Source: Victivallales bacterium (GTDB taxonomy: Bacteria; Verrucomicrobiota; Lentisphaeria; Victivallales; UBA1829). From it: 64,000 bases of DNA. The position numbers were made by a program, and so were the translations under genes. Each line of letters starts with the position of its first letter. Within the stretch, counting starts at the first letter, position 1. Positions 46,341-55,260 of this stretch are shown here, one piece after another. The notes under the pieces are model-generated. The model had not been told where the DNA came from and did not search any database. It saw nothing but the letters and a program-made list of their open reading frames with translations. The stretch covers positions 2,736 to 66,735 of the forward strand of contig JBGUKN010000050.1 in NCBI GenBank assembly GCA_045114455.1, written 5' to 3'.

Positions 46341-49300
46341 ATGACTGTTCATCTTGCACGCAAGACCAGATCCGGCCAAAGTCCATTTTCCGGCCTGCCA
46401 CAAAGATTATTCCACATCGTTCTCCTTCTGTTGTTCTGCTTCACCGCGACGTTCCAGTCGTTCGCACAGGACAGGCGGCAGTTCAATATCCTGATCATTT
46501 TCTCCGAACACACCGCCAGCGAAATCCGCACGGACCTGACCGCCGCGTTCTTCAATGAACTTGCAAACCTCGGCATCATGTTCGAAAGCGACCTGGTCGA
46601 ACTGGATTCGCTGCACCAGCTGAACCAGACGGCATGGGACGAGAAACTGAGCGCGAAGAAGGATGCGATCGAAGCGGGGAAATACAAGCTGATCGTGACC
46701 TTCGGCGAACCGGCCACAAACACGCTGAAAAACATTCTGCCGAGCGTCCCGGAATCGACGGCCGTCATCCTTTCCAACATGAAGACGTTCCCGGAGGAAT
46801 GGCGCCGCCTTCATCCGAACACGACCGCGGTCATCCGGCGGATGGACCCGCGCACTAACATCAATTTCGGCTTGAAGCTGTTCCCCGACCGCCCGCACGT
46901 CGTACTGCTGGTCTCGCGATACGCCTGGTCCGACAGGCAGGACATCACGCTCAGAAACGAATTCGCCGGCATCTGCGACTTCACTACGGTCTACATCAAC
47001 AGCGACTCGGAAGCGGACCGCGACGCCGCGTTCCGGAAACTTGCCACAGCGCCCGCAGATTCCTTCATCGTCTCCTGCGACTGGGATATCTACCTGCCGA
47101 ACATCGGCAGCCGTTCGACCATGTGGTACCAGCTCATGCAGGTGCGCGACGACCTGCCGATCATCGGACGGCGGCGTGTCCTGCTGGACTTCGCAGTCGG
47201 TGGCTACATGTCATCCATCGAGGACGTCGGCAAGGAAACTGCCGCCCTGACCAAGCACCTCGCAAATGCCAGAGGGTCCTGGAACGCGTCCAACCTCGAT
47301 CCTGTCACCATCCCCGAGATCTGCACCATCAACTACAAACGCATCAACTACTGGGATTACGACGAAACGGCAATCCCGGGCGACGCCGTCTGGGTCAACG
47401 AGCCGGAGTCCTGGGTCCAGCGGAATCAGGAGCTGCTCACCACGCTTGCGGCTCTTTTCACCCTCCTCTGCGCGTTTTTCCTCGGCGGGCTCATCTATTT
47501 CTTCAAGTATCGCAGGATGACCGGACGCTTCCTCGCGATCCACGGACACATGCCGCTCCTCGTCGCCGCTTATTCCACGTCCGGCGAAGTCCTCTATTCG
47601 CACGTGCCGTTCAATGACCCGGACGCTTCGCAAAATCTCGACGATCTCCGCACGACGCTTACCAACACCATCCGCGTCGAAATGGCCGAGACGGCGATCT
47701 CCGGCAAGACAATGACCATCAACCGCAAGCATGGGGAAAAGAACTACACCGTCACACTGACCAAGCTCGACAAAAAGATCTTCAACCATGAAGCCGTCCT
47801 GGTCGTCGCGCAGGACACCACCGAAATGGCCGAACTCCGCGAAAAGGCGTTCAACCTCGCCACAAGGCTTCAGTTCACGCTCCGCGCCATCGGCGACGGC
47901 GTCATCGTCACGGACCGCATGGGATTCGTCACGATGGTCAACCACTCCGCGGAAAAGCTGACCGGATACACCCAGGCGGAAGCCGAAGGAAAAACGGTGC
48001 AGGAGGTCTTCAACACCACCTCGCCAGAGGGTTCCGCCACGCTCGCATCCCCCGTTGAAACCGCCATCCGCGAAAACCGCATCATCTCAAGCAGCGACAA
48101 CATCACCATTGTTTCCAAGGACGGCACAAAACGCCGCATCTCCACGTCCACCTCTCCCATCCGGGGAGCAAAGAACGCCCTCATCGGCGTGATCGTCGTC
48201 TTCCGCGACATCACGGAAGAATACGAACGCCGGGAGGAACTCGACCGCAAAACCCATGCACTCCAGACGGCAACGTCGCTCGCGAACCTCGGATATTTCT
48301 ACTACACGCCGGATACCGATGTCCTTGACGCGCCGTCGCAAGCCGAGGCAGTTTGGCCGTTCGAAAACGGGAAAGCCGTTCAGCCCGAAGACTGGATCAT
48401 CAAGGACGACCTGCAGAACTATATGACTCATCGGCGCGCGCTCTTCCACGGAAAGGCCGACACGCTCGAATGCACCTTCCGCAGCGATTTCTTCGGCGAA
48501 CGCCGGCATTTCCGCATCATCGCCGTGAAGGACAAGTATTCGGCGAAAAAGCATCCGCGCTACTTCTTCATGCTTCAGGACATCACGAAGGTCCGCAACT
48601 TGGAGACAGAAGCCGCGAACGCCACGATCCTCCTCAAAAAACTGTTCGACCTCCTGCCCAGCACCGCCACGGTCCGCGACTACAGCACAGGCGGTACGCT
48701 GATCATGGCGAACCAGAAGTATTGCTATCAGATGAACATCTCCGAGGAAAAGGTTCTCGGTACGACCTATGACGAACTCTTCAGCCCCGAGACCGCAAAG
48801 AACTTTAAGGATATGGACGAGGAGGCGCTCCGGAACGAGGGGCAGATCACCACGCACGTGATAAAAGCTCCCGGCCACAACGGCGAGATCATGGTGCAGA
48901 TCTCCCACGTGGCATTCACGTCTGCCGACGGCAGAACGCTCGTTTTCGGCAGCGGCACTGATGTCACCGAGCTGAACAATGCCATCAAGACCGCCGAGTC
49001 CGCCGCCAAGGCGAAGAGCCTCTTCCTCGCCACCATGAGCCATGAGATCCGCACGCCGCTCAACGCCATCCTCGGATTCAGCCAGCTGCTTCAGGACGAG
49101 TCGCTTCCGCCCGCCGAGGCCGGCGAATATCTCCGCAGCATCCATTACGCGGGCAACGCCCTGCTCTCGCTCATCAACGACATCCTCGACCTCTCCAAGC
49201 TCGACGCCGACCAGATGGTCATCCAGCCGGAACCGATCAATCTCCGCGAACTTCTGTTCGAGCTCGAGGCGGTTTTCACGGCCAAGGCGAAATCGCAGGG

Positions 49301-50108
49301 GATCGAACTGGTCACGTCCGTCCCGGACGACCTCCCCGTCCTCAATCTGGATGAACGCCGTCTCCGCCAGGTCCTCCTCAACGTGATCGGAAACGCCGTC
49401 AAGTTCACGAAACAGGGCTCCGTGTCCGTCACGCTGACGTTCTTCAAGCTGAACGAAACACGCGCCGCGCTCACCATCCGCATCGCCGACACCGGCTGCG
49501 GCATCTCGAAGGAATCCCTCTCGAAGATTTTCGAACCGTTCGTCCAGGACAAGTCGTCCTACCGCGGCATCCGAACGGAAAATGGGACGGGACTCGGGCT
49601 TTCCATCGCAAAACGCCTTGTCGACTGCATGAAAGGTTCCCTCACGGTCGAAAGCACGGTCGGAAAAGGAAGCGTGTTCACCATTCTTCTTCCCGACATC
49701 GAAATCTGCAGCAAAGCCCAGCTTACTGAAGGCGAACAGGCCTCCACGGGCAAACTGGACCTCTCCAAGAAGATCCTCGTCGTCGACGACGTCCCGCTCA
49801 ACGTGAAAGTCCTCTGCGCCATGCTCCGCAAGATGGGATTCGATCCGATCTCCGCGCCTTCCGGCGCAAAGGCGCTGGAGCTTATGAAGACCACGAAGCC
49901 CGACATCGCGCTGCTCGACCTCTGGATGCCGGAAATGAACGGCATGGAGCTCGCGACGGCCATTCGCGCAAACCCGGAATGGAAAGGAATCAAGCTCTTT
50001 GCCGTCACCGCGGACACGGAAAACAATTCGAACTTCAACATGGACATTTTCGACGCCATCGTCATGAAGCCGGTCACCCAGGAGTCCCTGATCAAAGTCC
50101 TCAGTTGA
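46341..50108 (+). CDS. Hybrid sensor histidine kinase/response regulator (periplasmic solute-binding-like domain, TM, multiple PAS, HisKA, HATPase_c, REC)
   Basis: GAGG SD. H-box MSHEIRTPLNAILGF. N/G boxes (NVIGNAVKFT, DTGCGI, GTGLGLSI). REC (ILVVDDVPLN...DLWMPEMNG...K). Confidence 0.9.
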   Translation: MTVHLARKTRSGQSPFSGLPQRLFHIVLLLLFCFTATFQSFAQDRRQFNILIIFSEHTASEIRTDLTAAFFNELANLGIMFESDLVELDSLHQLNQTAWDEKLSAKKDAIEAGKYKLIVTFGEPATNTLKNILPSVPESTAVILSNMKTFPEEWRRLHPNTTAVIRRMDPRTNINFGLKLFPDRPHVVLLVSRYAWSDRQDITLRNEFAGICDFTTVYINSDSEADRDAAFRKLATAPADSFIVSCDWDIYLPNIGSRSTMWYQLMQVRDDLPIIGRRRVLLDFAVGGYMSSIEDVGKETAALTKHLANARGSWNASNLDPVTIPEICTINYKRINYWDYDETAIPGDAVWVNEPESWVQRNQELLTTLAALFTLLCAFFLGGLIYFFKYRRMTGRFLAIHGHMPLLVAAYSTSGEVLYSHVPFNDPDASQNLDDLRTTLTNTIRVEMAETAISGKTMTINRKHGEKNYTVTLTKLDKKIFNHEAVLVVAQDTTEMAELREKAFNLATRLQFTLRAIGDGVIVTDRMGFVTMVNHSAEKLTGYTQAEAEGKTVQEVFNTTSPEGSATLASPVETAIRENRIISSSDNITIVSKDGTKRRISTSTSPIRGAKNALIGVIVVFRDITEEYERREELDRKTHALQTATSLANLGYFYYTPDTDVLDAPSQAEAVWPFENGKAVQPEDWIIKDDLQNYMTHRRALFHGKADTLECTFRSDFFGERRHFRIIAVKDKYSAKKHPRYFFMLQDITKVRNLETEAANATILLKKLFDLLPSTATVRDYSTGGTLIMANQKYCYQMNISEEKVLGTTYDELFSPETAKNFKDMDEEALRNEGQITTHVIKAPGHNGEIMVQISHVAFTSADGRTLVFGSGTDVTELNNAIKTAESAAKAKSLFLATMSHEIRTPLNAILGFSQLLQDESLPPAEAGEYLRSIHYAGNALLSLINDILDLSKLDADQMVIQPEPINLRELLFELEAVFTAKAKSQGIELVTSVPDDLPVLNLDERRLRQVLLNVIGNAVKFTKQGSVSVTLTFFKLNETRAALTIRIADTGCGISKESLSKIFEPFVQDKSSYRGIRTENGTGLGLSIAKRLVDCMKGSLTVESTVGKGSVFTILLPDIEICSKAQLTEGEQASTGKLDLSKKILVVDDVPLNVKVLCAMLRKMGFDPISAPSGAKALELMKTTKPDIALLDLWMPEMNGMELATAIRANPEWKGIKLFAVTADTENNSNFNMDIFDAIVMKPVTQESLIKVLS

Positions 50109-50230
50109 GCCGTCCGAAATGCAAAAAAAGACGCCGCAACAGCATTTCGATTTGACTTTCTCCGTTTTTGATAGTATGTTAAAAATGAAACACCAGCCCC
50201 ACAACAGACATAACAGAAAGGAGTGAACCT

Positions 50231-51046
50231 ATGAGAAAACTTTTCGCCCTTTGCTGCTTCCTGACGACAGTCTCGCTTTTCCCCGGTCTCGCCGCGGGGG
50301 AATGGCTTACCGATTTCGAAAAAGCCAAAGCCGAATCGCTGAAGACGGGACGGCCGATCTATATCCTGTTCACAAATTCGGACTCGGCGGCAGCCCTCAG
50401 TCTCGAACGCACCATCTTCAGCCAGAAAAAGTTCCAGAACTACGCCGACAAAAGCCTCGTGCTCATGAAGGTCGACTTCCCCACCGCGATCCACCTTCAG
50501 CCGAAGGCCCTCGCGCAGCAGAACCGCGAACTCCGCACGAAGTACGGCATCGGCACACTCCCGACCATGCTCCTGCTGGACGCCAACGGAGAGGTTTATA
50601 TTGATTTCGTGAAAGCCGACGGGAGCGCGGAGAGGCACCGCCGGAAAATGAACGAGATCATGGATTTCGATCCGCCGAAACGCTATTCCGACTATCTCGA
50701 CGGATTCGTGAAAAAGTATTCTCCGCCGAAACCGGTTGTGAAGGAATCCGAGGCAAAGCCCGCCGAAAAGAAGGCCGCGGCAAAACAGCCTGCGAAGAAA
50801 CCTGCAAAAAAGCCGGATAAGAAGCCCGCGGAAAAAACGCAGGACGACAACAATATCCCGGGAGAAACGGCCGGAAGCCCGCTGATCCCGCTCGACCCGG
50901 AAGGAGATTTCCAGGAATGGCTGAAGTCCAGCATTGAGGGAAGTTCCGCAGAAGGGGCAAAAGCGGACGAAAAGGCAAGTGAAAGCATGCCTCAGGAAGA
51001 AGCCGCCCCCGCGCAGGCTCCCGCCTCCGAACCGGAGAAATCCTGA
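50231..51046 (+). CDS. Secreted thioredoxin-fold (DUF255/thioredoxin_7-like) protein lacking CxxC, with a Lys/Pro/Ala-rich tail
   Basis: Signal peptide MRKLFALCCFLTTVSLFPGLAA. WLTDFEKAKAESLKTGRPIYILFTNSDSAAA occupies the place of the WCxxC motif. GIGTLPTMLLLD (cis-Pro loop). Tail KPAEKKAAAKQPAKKPAKKPDKKPAEK. Confidence 0.6.
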   Translation: MRKLFALCCFLTTVSLFPGLAAGEWLTDFEKAKAESLKTGRPIYILFTNSDSAAALSLERTIFSQKKFQNYADKSLVLMKVDFPTAIHLQPKALAQQNRELRTKYGIGTLPTMLLLDANGEVYIDFVKADGSAERHRRKMNEIMDFDPPKRYSDYLDGFVKKYSPPKPVVKESEAKPAEKKAAAKQPAKKPAKKPDKKPAEKTQDDNNIPGETAGSPLIPLDPEGDFQEWLKSSIEGSSAEGAKADEKASESMPQEEAAPAQAPASEPEKS

Positions 51047-51070
51047 CTCCTCCGTTCATAGGAAAATCGA

Positions 51071-51105
51071 ATCCCGTGCCGTTTTGAACGCGGCACGGGA
51101 TTTTT
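51071..51105. terminator. Bidirectional rho-independent terminator between convergent genes
   Basis: ATCCCGTGCCG-N9-CGGCACGGGAT (11-bp stem) followed by TTTTT on the plus strand, with a weaker T-run on the minus strand. Confidence 0.7.
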
Positions 51106-51138
51106 CATTTCATCGGATAAAACGGAAAACGGTCTGTT

Positions 51139-52836
51139 TTACTTCAGCGGGACCAGCTCCACGAAATAGACGTCGTTCTGCTTCATATCCAGTCCGAGCT
51201 GGAACTCCTCGCCCTTCATGACGGAGACCTGCGCCCGGTACATCGGACGAAGCCGCGAAACGCGTTCCAGTCGCGCGATCTCCTCGCGGCTGATGTCCGT
51301 CTTCGCGCCGTCCTCCTCCAGCCACGCGGAATAAGCATCCCCGGCCCGGTAGCCGATGCGGGTCACGCGCAGATCGTATTCGCCGGGCTTCAGTCCGGCG
51401 ATGCGGAACAGCGCATGGCCTTTGTCCTTGGCCGGGTGCGGATCGAAGAACGTGTCCTGGTTGCTGATCCTGCCGCCCTGCGTCGGATGGGTCAGGTCCC
51501 AGAAAAGCGCCTGCACGCCGCCCTTCGCGTCCTTGCAGACGTAGGACGACGCGTCGCTGGAGACAAGCTCCGTCGGACCGAGCGAGGCGAGGCACTGGTA
51601 TGCACGGTAGGCGGCCTTCGGGATGCTCTGGAACGTCATGAGGCCGAAACCGCCGTGGAACGGACGCGGCGCGGGGCCGCATTCCTCGAAGATGTCTGTG
51701 AACGTCCACAGGCTCATGCACGCCATTTTCTCCGTATTGCGGAGCTGTTCCAGGATGAACGGCGCGGCGAAATAAGAATCGTGCACAGGATCGACCGGAG
51801 ACGGCGACGCGTGCCACTCGGTGATGTAGACGGGGACGTCGCAACGGAGGTTTTTGCGGATGTCTTCCAGTTTCTTATTGAAGCAGTCGGCCACATGCCG
51901 GAGGTTCTTCATCAGGTAGATGTAATTGCCGCCGAACCGGTCGATCTTCGGCAGCGCCGGGTTTTCCGGATCGAATCCGTACTGGTGGAACGAAATGAAA
52001 TCCAGCGGCAGGCGGTTCTTGCGGCAGTATTTCACGAGCGGGGCGATGAAGTCGAGCCCGGCGCCGGAGGGACCGCCGACCGGATACGCCTTGTTGACGG
52101 ACTTGACCGCGCGCGACGTGTATTTGTAGAGTTCCAGATAGGCGTCGAGCATGGTGGTCTTCTTCCCTGGATCCCAGAAGACGTCCAGGTCCGGTTCGTT
52201 CCACACTTCGAAGCGCCATGTCTTCACCTCGTCTTCGCCGTAGCGTTCGGTCCAGTGCCGGACGGTCGCGCGGACCAGGTCGGCCCAGCGTTCGTGCTTC
52301 TTCGGTGGAGTCACATTGGCTTTCCACCAGAAGATCGTGGTCTTGCCGGAGGCGAGCTTTTCGGGCATGAAGCTGAGCTCGACAAACGGCTTGACGCCGA
52401 TGGAAAGCAGGAAATCGAACACGTCGTCGATATACATGAAGTTGTACACCGGATTTCCCGCCTTGTCCTCGCTGTACACGCGCATTTCGTCGTGGAAGAG
52501 GCCGTGCGCGCGGAGATACCGGAAACCGAGTTCCTTCCTGCATTTCGCGAGCTGTTTGCGCCATGTATCGCGCAGTCCTTCGCCGATGCGCCCTGCCCCG
52601 ACGCAGTCGCGCCAGACGTCGGAACGCTTCCCCTTCACGACTTTGAAATCCGCCTGGATGACGCGGTCCGGCGCAGTCTCGCCCGGATAGACTTCGGGGA
52701 CGGCTTTCTTTGTGGCGGGCTTCTTTGCAGCTGGCTTCTTTGCAGAGGGTTTCGCGGCGACGGAGGCGGCCTTCTTCGCGGCGGATGCGGGTTTCGCGGC
52801 TTTCTTTGCGGCGGAGGGCTTCTGTTTCGTGCTCAT
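51139..52836 (-). CDS. Glycoside hydrolase family 39 (beta-xylosidase/alpha-L-iduronidase-like) with a Lys/Ala/Pro-rich N-terminal tail
   Basis: Start taken at ATG 52836 (MSTKQKPSAAKK); an upstream ATG is possible. WRFEVWNEPD (acid/base Glu) and VYITEWHAS (nucleophile Glu). Confidence 0.85.
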   Translation of the reverse strand: MSTKQKPSAAKKAAKPASAAKKAASVAAKPSAKKPAAKKPATKKAVPEVYPGETAPDRVIQADFKVVKGKRSDVWRDCVGAGRIGEGLRDTWRKQLAKCRKELGFRYLRAHGLFHDEMRVYSEDKAGNPVYNFMYIDDVFDFLLSIGVKPFVELSFMPEKLASGKTTIFWWKANVTPPKKHERWADLVRATVRHWTERYGEDEVKTWRFEVWNEPDLDVFWDPGKKTTMLDAYLELYKYTSRAVKSVNKAYPVGGPSGAGLDFIAPLVKYCRKNRLPLDFISFHQYGFDPENPALPKIDRFGGNYIYLMKNLRHVADCFNKKLEDIRKNLRCDVPVYITEWHASPSPVDPVHDSYFAAPFILEQLRNTEKMACMSLWTFTDIFEECGPAPRPFHGGFGLMTFQSIPKAAYRAYQCLASLGPTELVSSDASSYVCKDAKGGVQALFWDLTHPTQGGRISNQDTFFDPHPAKDKGHALFRIAGLKPGEYDLRVTRIGYRAGDAYSAWLEEDGAKTDISREEIARLERVSRLRPMYRAQVSVMKGEEFQLGLDMKQNDVYFVELVPLK

Positions 52837-53023
52837 ATGGCTGGTATCTCCTGTTGATTCGTCCCGGCGCCGGCGTTCGGCATGGGACATGGGGATTGAG
52901 GATGTCGGCAAAAATCTATAACGGAAATACAATAGCACGTTCCGGACGTTTTCCCATACACTTTTTGCAAGAAAGCATGTTTTCTTTGAACAAAATCACA
53001 GGATGGCAAGGGAAAAAGACGGA

Positions 53024-53056
53024 GACAAAAAACGGCACGGGAACCAGCCCGTGCCG
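53024..53056 (-). terminator. Rho-independent terminator after the 53085..54167 gene
   Basis: Minus strand: CGGCACGGG-CTGGTT-CCCGTGCCG followed by TTTTTTGTCTCCGTCTTTTT. Confidence 0.7.
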
Positions 53057-53084
53057 CGAATCTCGAACAGGGGAAACGAACGGC

Positions 53085-54167
53085 TCAGAACCCTTCAAGC
53101 AGGGATTTCTTTTCGTTGTCTCCGGATTTCGAACTGGCCTTTTCCGCCGCTTCCTTCGCGCTGAGGGATTCGGGGCCGAGAATGGCGTCCGGATCAAGCG
53201 GATCGTCGAGCAGGGAACTCTTCGGATCGCGCATGTCTTCCAGGAACTGGATGTCGCGGATTTCCTCGTAGTCGACGTCCTTGCGCGCCTCGCGTCCGCC
53301 GACGACCTTCACGATGCCGGTGTCCGGGTCAAGCACCAGCCGCGGCGCCTTGTCGACCTTCATCAGTATCTGGCGGTTTTCCAGCTCGCCGTCGGTATTG
53401 TACTGGTAATAGGCATAGACTTTGGTGCTGGCCGGCAGCAGGACATTGAGGCGCGACAGGAAATCGATTTCGCATTTCGGGCGGAGATCGGGCCCCAGGT
53501 CGTAGCCGATATGGCGGAGCATATAGAGGTTGTCCTTGTCTTCCAGCGTAAGGCAATAGACGTGGGATGCGCCCGTGAAATAGCTCAGGATGCGGTATTC
53601 GCGCGTCTTGATCATGCGGGTCTTTTCCTCCTTCGTTCCGTCCTCATTCACCGTGGCGTCCTCGATCGAATCGTCGAGCAGCGGCAGTCCGACCGTCCTC
53701 GACCAGATCACGTTGCCGCGCACGATGTTGAAATGGGCTTCCTTGGACTGATACGGAGTCGCCATCTGCGGATGCCGCAGGACGGCTTTCACGCTGTAGC
53801 GCCCGGTGGAGCGCAGGTCGTAGTGCTTGCTGAGGTTGAACATATACGACTTTTCGCCGCCGGGGGGCAGGATCACACCGGTCATGTCGGGAAGCGGCGC
53901 ATCCTTCGGAGAACGCACGAAACTCGGATCGTTGCGGTCGGAACGGCGGATTTCGAACTGAAGGTTGCCCTTGAGGCCGAGGCTCTCGCCAAACGCAAGC
54001 GGATGCGCGGAAAGGTTCCGCATCGCGACGCGCACAAAAACGGATTCGTACTGAAGATAATTGACCTGGACGGGCTTGACGACGATCGCCACCTGCGCGC
54101 GAACGCACACGGGAAGTAAAAACAGAACAAAGACCGCCGCAATGACATGGCGAAGTTTGAGAATCAT
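53085..54167 (-). CDS. Secreted hypothetical protein (360 aa)
   Basis: Signal peptide MILKLRHVIAAVFVLFLLPVCVRAQ. No family recognised. 3-nt gap to the upstream GT9 gene suggests co-transcription. Confidence 0.55.
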   Translation of the reverse strand: MILKLRHVIAAVFVLFLLPVCVRAQVAIVVKPVQVNYLQYESVFVRVAMRNLSAHPLAFGESLGLKGNLQFEIRRSDRNDPSFVRSPKDAPLPDMTGVILPPGGEKSYMFNLSKHYDLRSTGRYSVKAVLRHPQMATPYQSKEAHFNIVRGNVIWSRTVGLPLLDDSIEDATVNEDGTKEEKTRMIKTREYRILSYFTGASHVYCLTLEDKDNLYMLRHIGYDLGPDLRPKCEIDFLSRLNVLLPASTKVYAYYQYNTDGELENRQILMKVDKAPRLVLDPDTGIVKVVGGREARKDVDYEEIRDIQFLEDMRDPKSSLLDDPLDPDAILGPESLSAKEAAEKASSKSGDNEKKSLLEGF

Positions 54168-54170
54168 GGT

Positions 54171-55211
54171 TCAGCTCCTTTTCGGAAGAAGGTTGAAGGA
54201 TGCCGCGGCGACCGCTTCCGGGTCGATCAAAGCGTGACATCGCGAATCTTTACAGTAGCGCAAAAAACAGCGAATGCAAGCGGTTTCCGGAATAAACACG
54301 GATTTTTTTTCGCAATACGGCCCCGTCAGGGCGGGATCCGTCGGACCGAACATCGCGACGACCGGTACGCCGAGCGCCGCGGCGATGTGCATCGGGCCGC
54401 TGTCGTTGCAGATCATCAGAGACGACAGACGCACCGTCTCCAGCAGTTCGCCCACGCCCGTCTTTCCGCAAACGGAGGCGACGGAAAGCCCCGCGCTTTT
54501 CGCGAGGATGGCTTCAGCGTCCGCGACCTCGTCGCGCGTCCCGGCAAGCAGGAATTTCAAACCCGGTTCGCGGCGTGCGAGCGACGCGATCACGGCGGAA
54601 AAGAAATCCGCGGGCCATTTTTTCGTCGTCCAGCGGGCACCCGGCGCGACGACGGCAAAACGGTCCGGCAGGGTCCCCCCGAACGCCTCCCCCACGATCT
54701 CGCGGGCGCGGCAGGCAGTTCGTTCATTCACGGGCAGCTCCAGCCTGAAATCCAGGTCGTCGCGCCCCAGGAAATCCTTCATCATCGCATTGTTGATATC
54801 CACGGCATGCCCGGGCTTTTCACGGCCTTTCAGCAGCCGCGTGTAGAAATGCCTCGCAAAAGGTTCGCGGGGCGCCGTGGAACCGGCCCGCACGGAACAT
54901 CCCGAAAGGCGTCCGATGAACGCGCTGCGCACTAGCCCCTGCAGGTCGATCACGGCATCATAAGGCTCGCGCCGGAGATCGGCGCGCAGACGGAGCGCCG
55001 AGGGGAGGAACTGAAGCGGTTTGCGGAACTTCTTGTCATAAAAGGGAATCACCCGGCGGACGCACGCGAGGTACGGGGGCAGTTCGGCGAATGCGGGTTT
55101 CACGACCCAGTCCACCTCGACGTCCGGCACGGCTTTCGCAAGGGCCGAGACGGCGGGCATCGCGTGAAGGATATCCCCCAGGCTGCTTGGTTTTACGATC
55201 AGATAACGCAT
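54171..55211 (-). CDS. Glycosyltransferase family 9 (LPS heptosyltransferase-like)
   Basis: Start moved to ATG 55211 (MRYLIVKPSSLGDILHAMP). C-terminal CNDSGPMHIAAALGVPVVAMFGPTDP. Confidence 0.8.
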   Translation of the reverse strand: MRYLIVKPSSLGDILHAMPAVSALAKAVPDVEVDWVVKPAFAELPPYLACVRRVIPFYDKKFRKPLQFLPSALRLRADLRREPYDAVIDLQGLVRSAFIGRLSGCSVRAGSTAPREPFARHFYTRLLKGREKPGHAVDINNAMMKDFLGRDDLDFRLELPVNERTACRAREIVGEAFGGTLPDRFAVVAPGARWTTKKWPADFFSAVIASLARREPGLKFLLAGTRDEVADAEAILAKSAGLSVASVCGKTGVGELLETVRLSSLMICNDSGPMHIAAALGVPVVAMFGPTDPALTGPYCEKKSVFIPETACIRCFLRYCKDSRCHALIDPEAVAAASFNLLPKRS

Positions 55212-55260
55212 GGCGGCATCCGCGGAATGGATCACGCGGCATCCTCCTGTCCGATGATGG

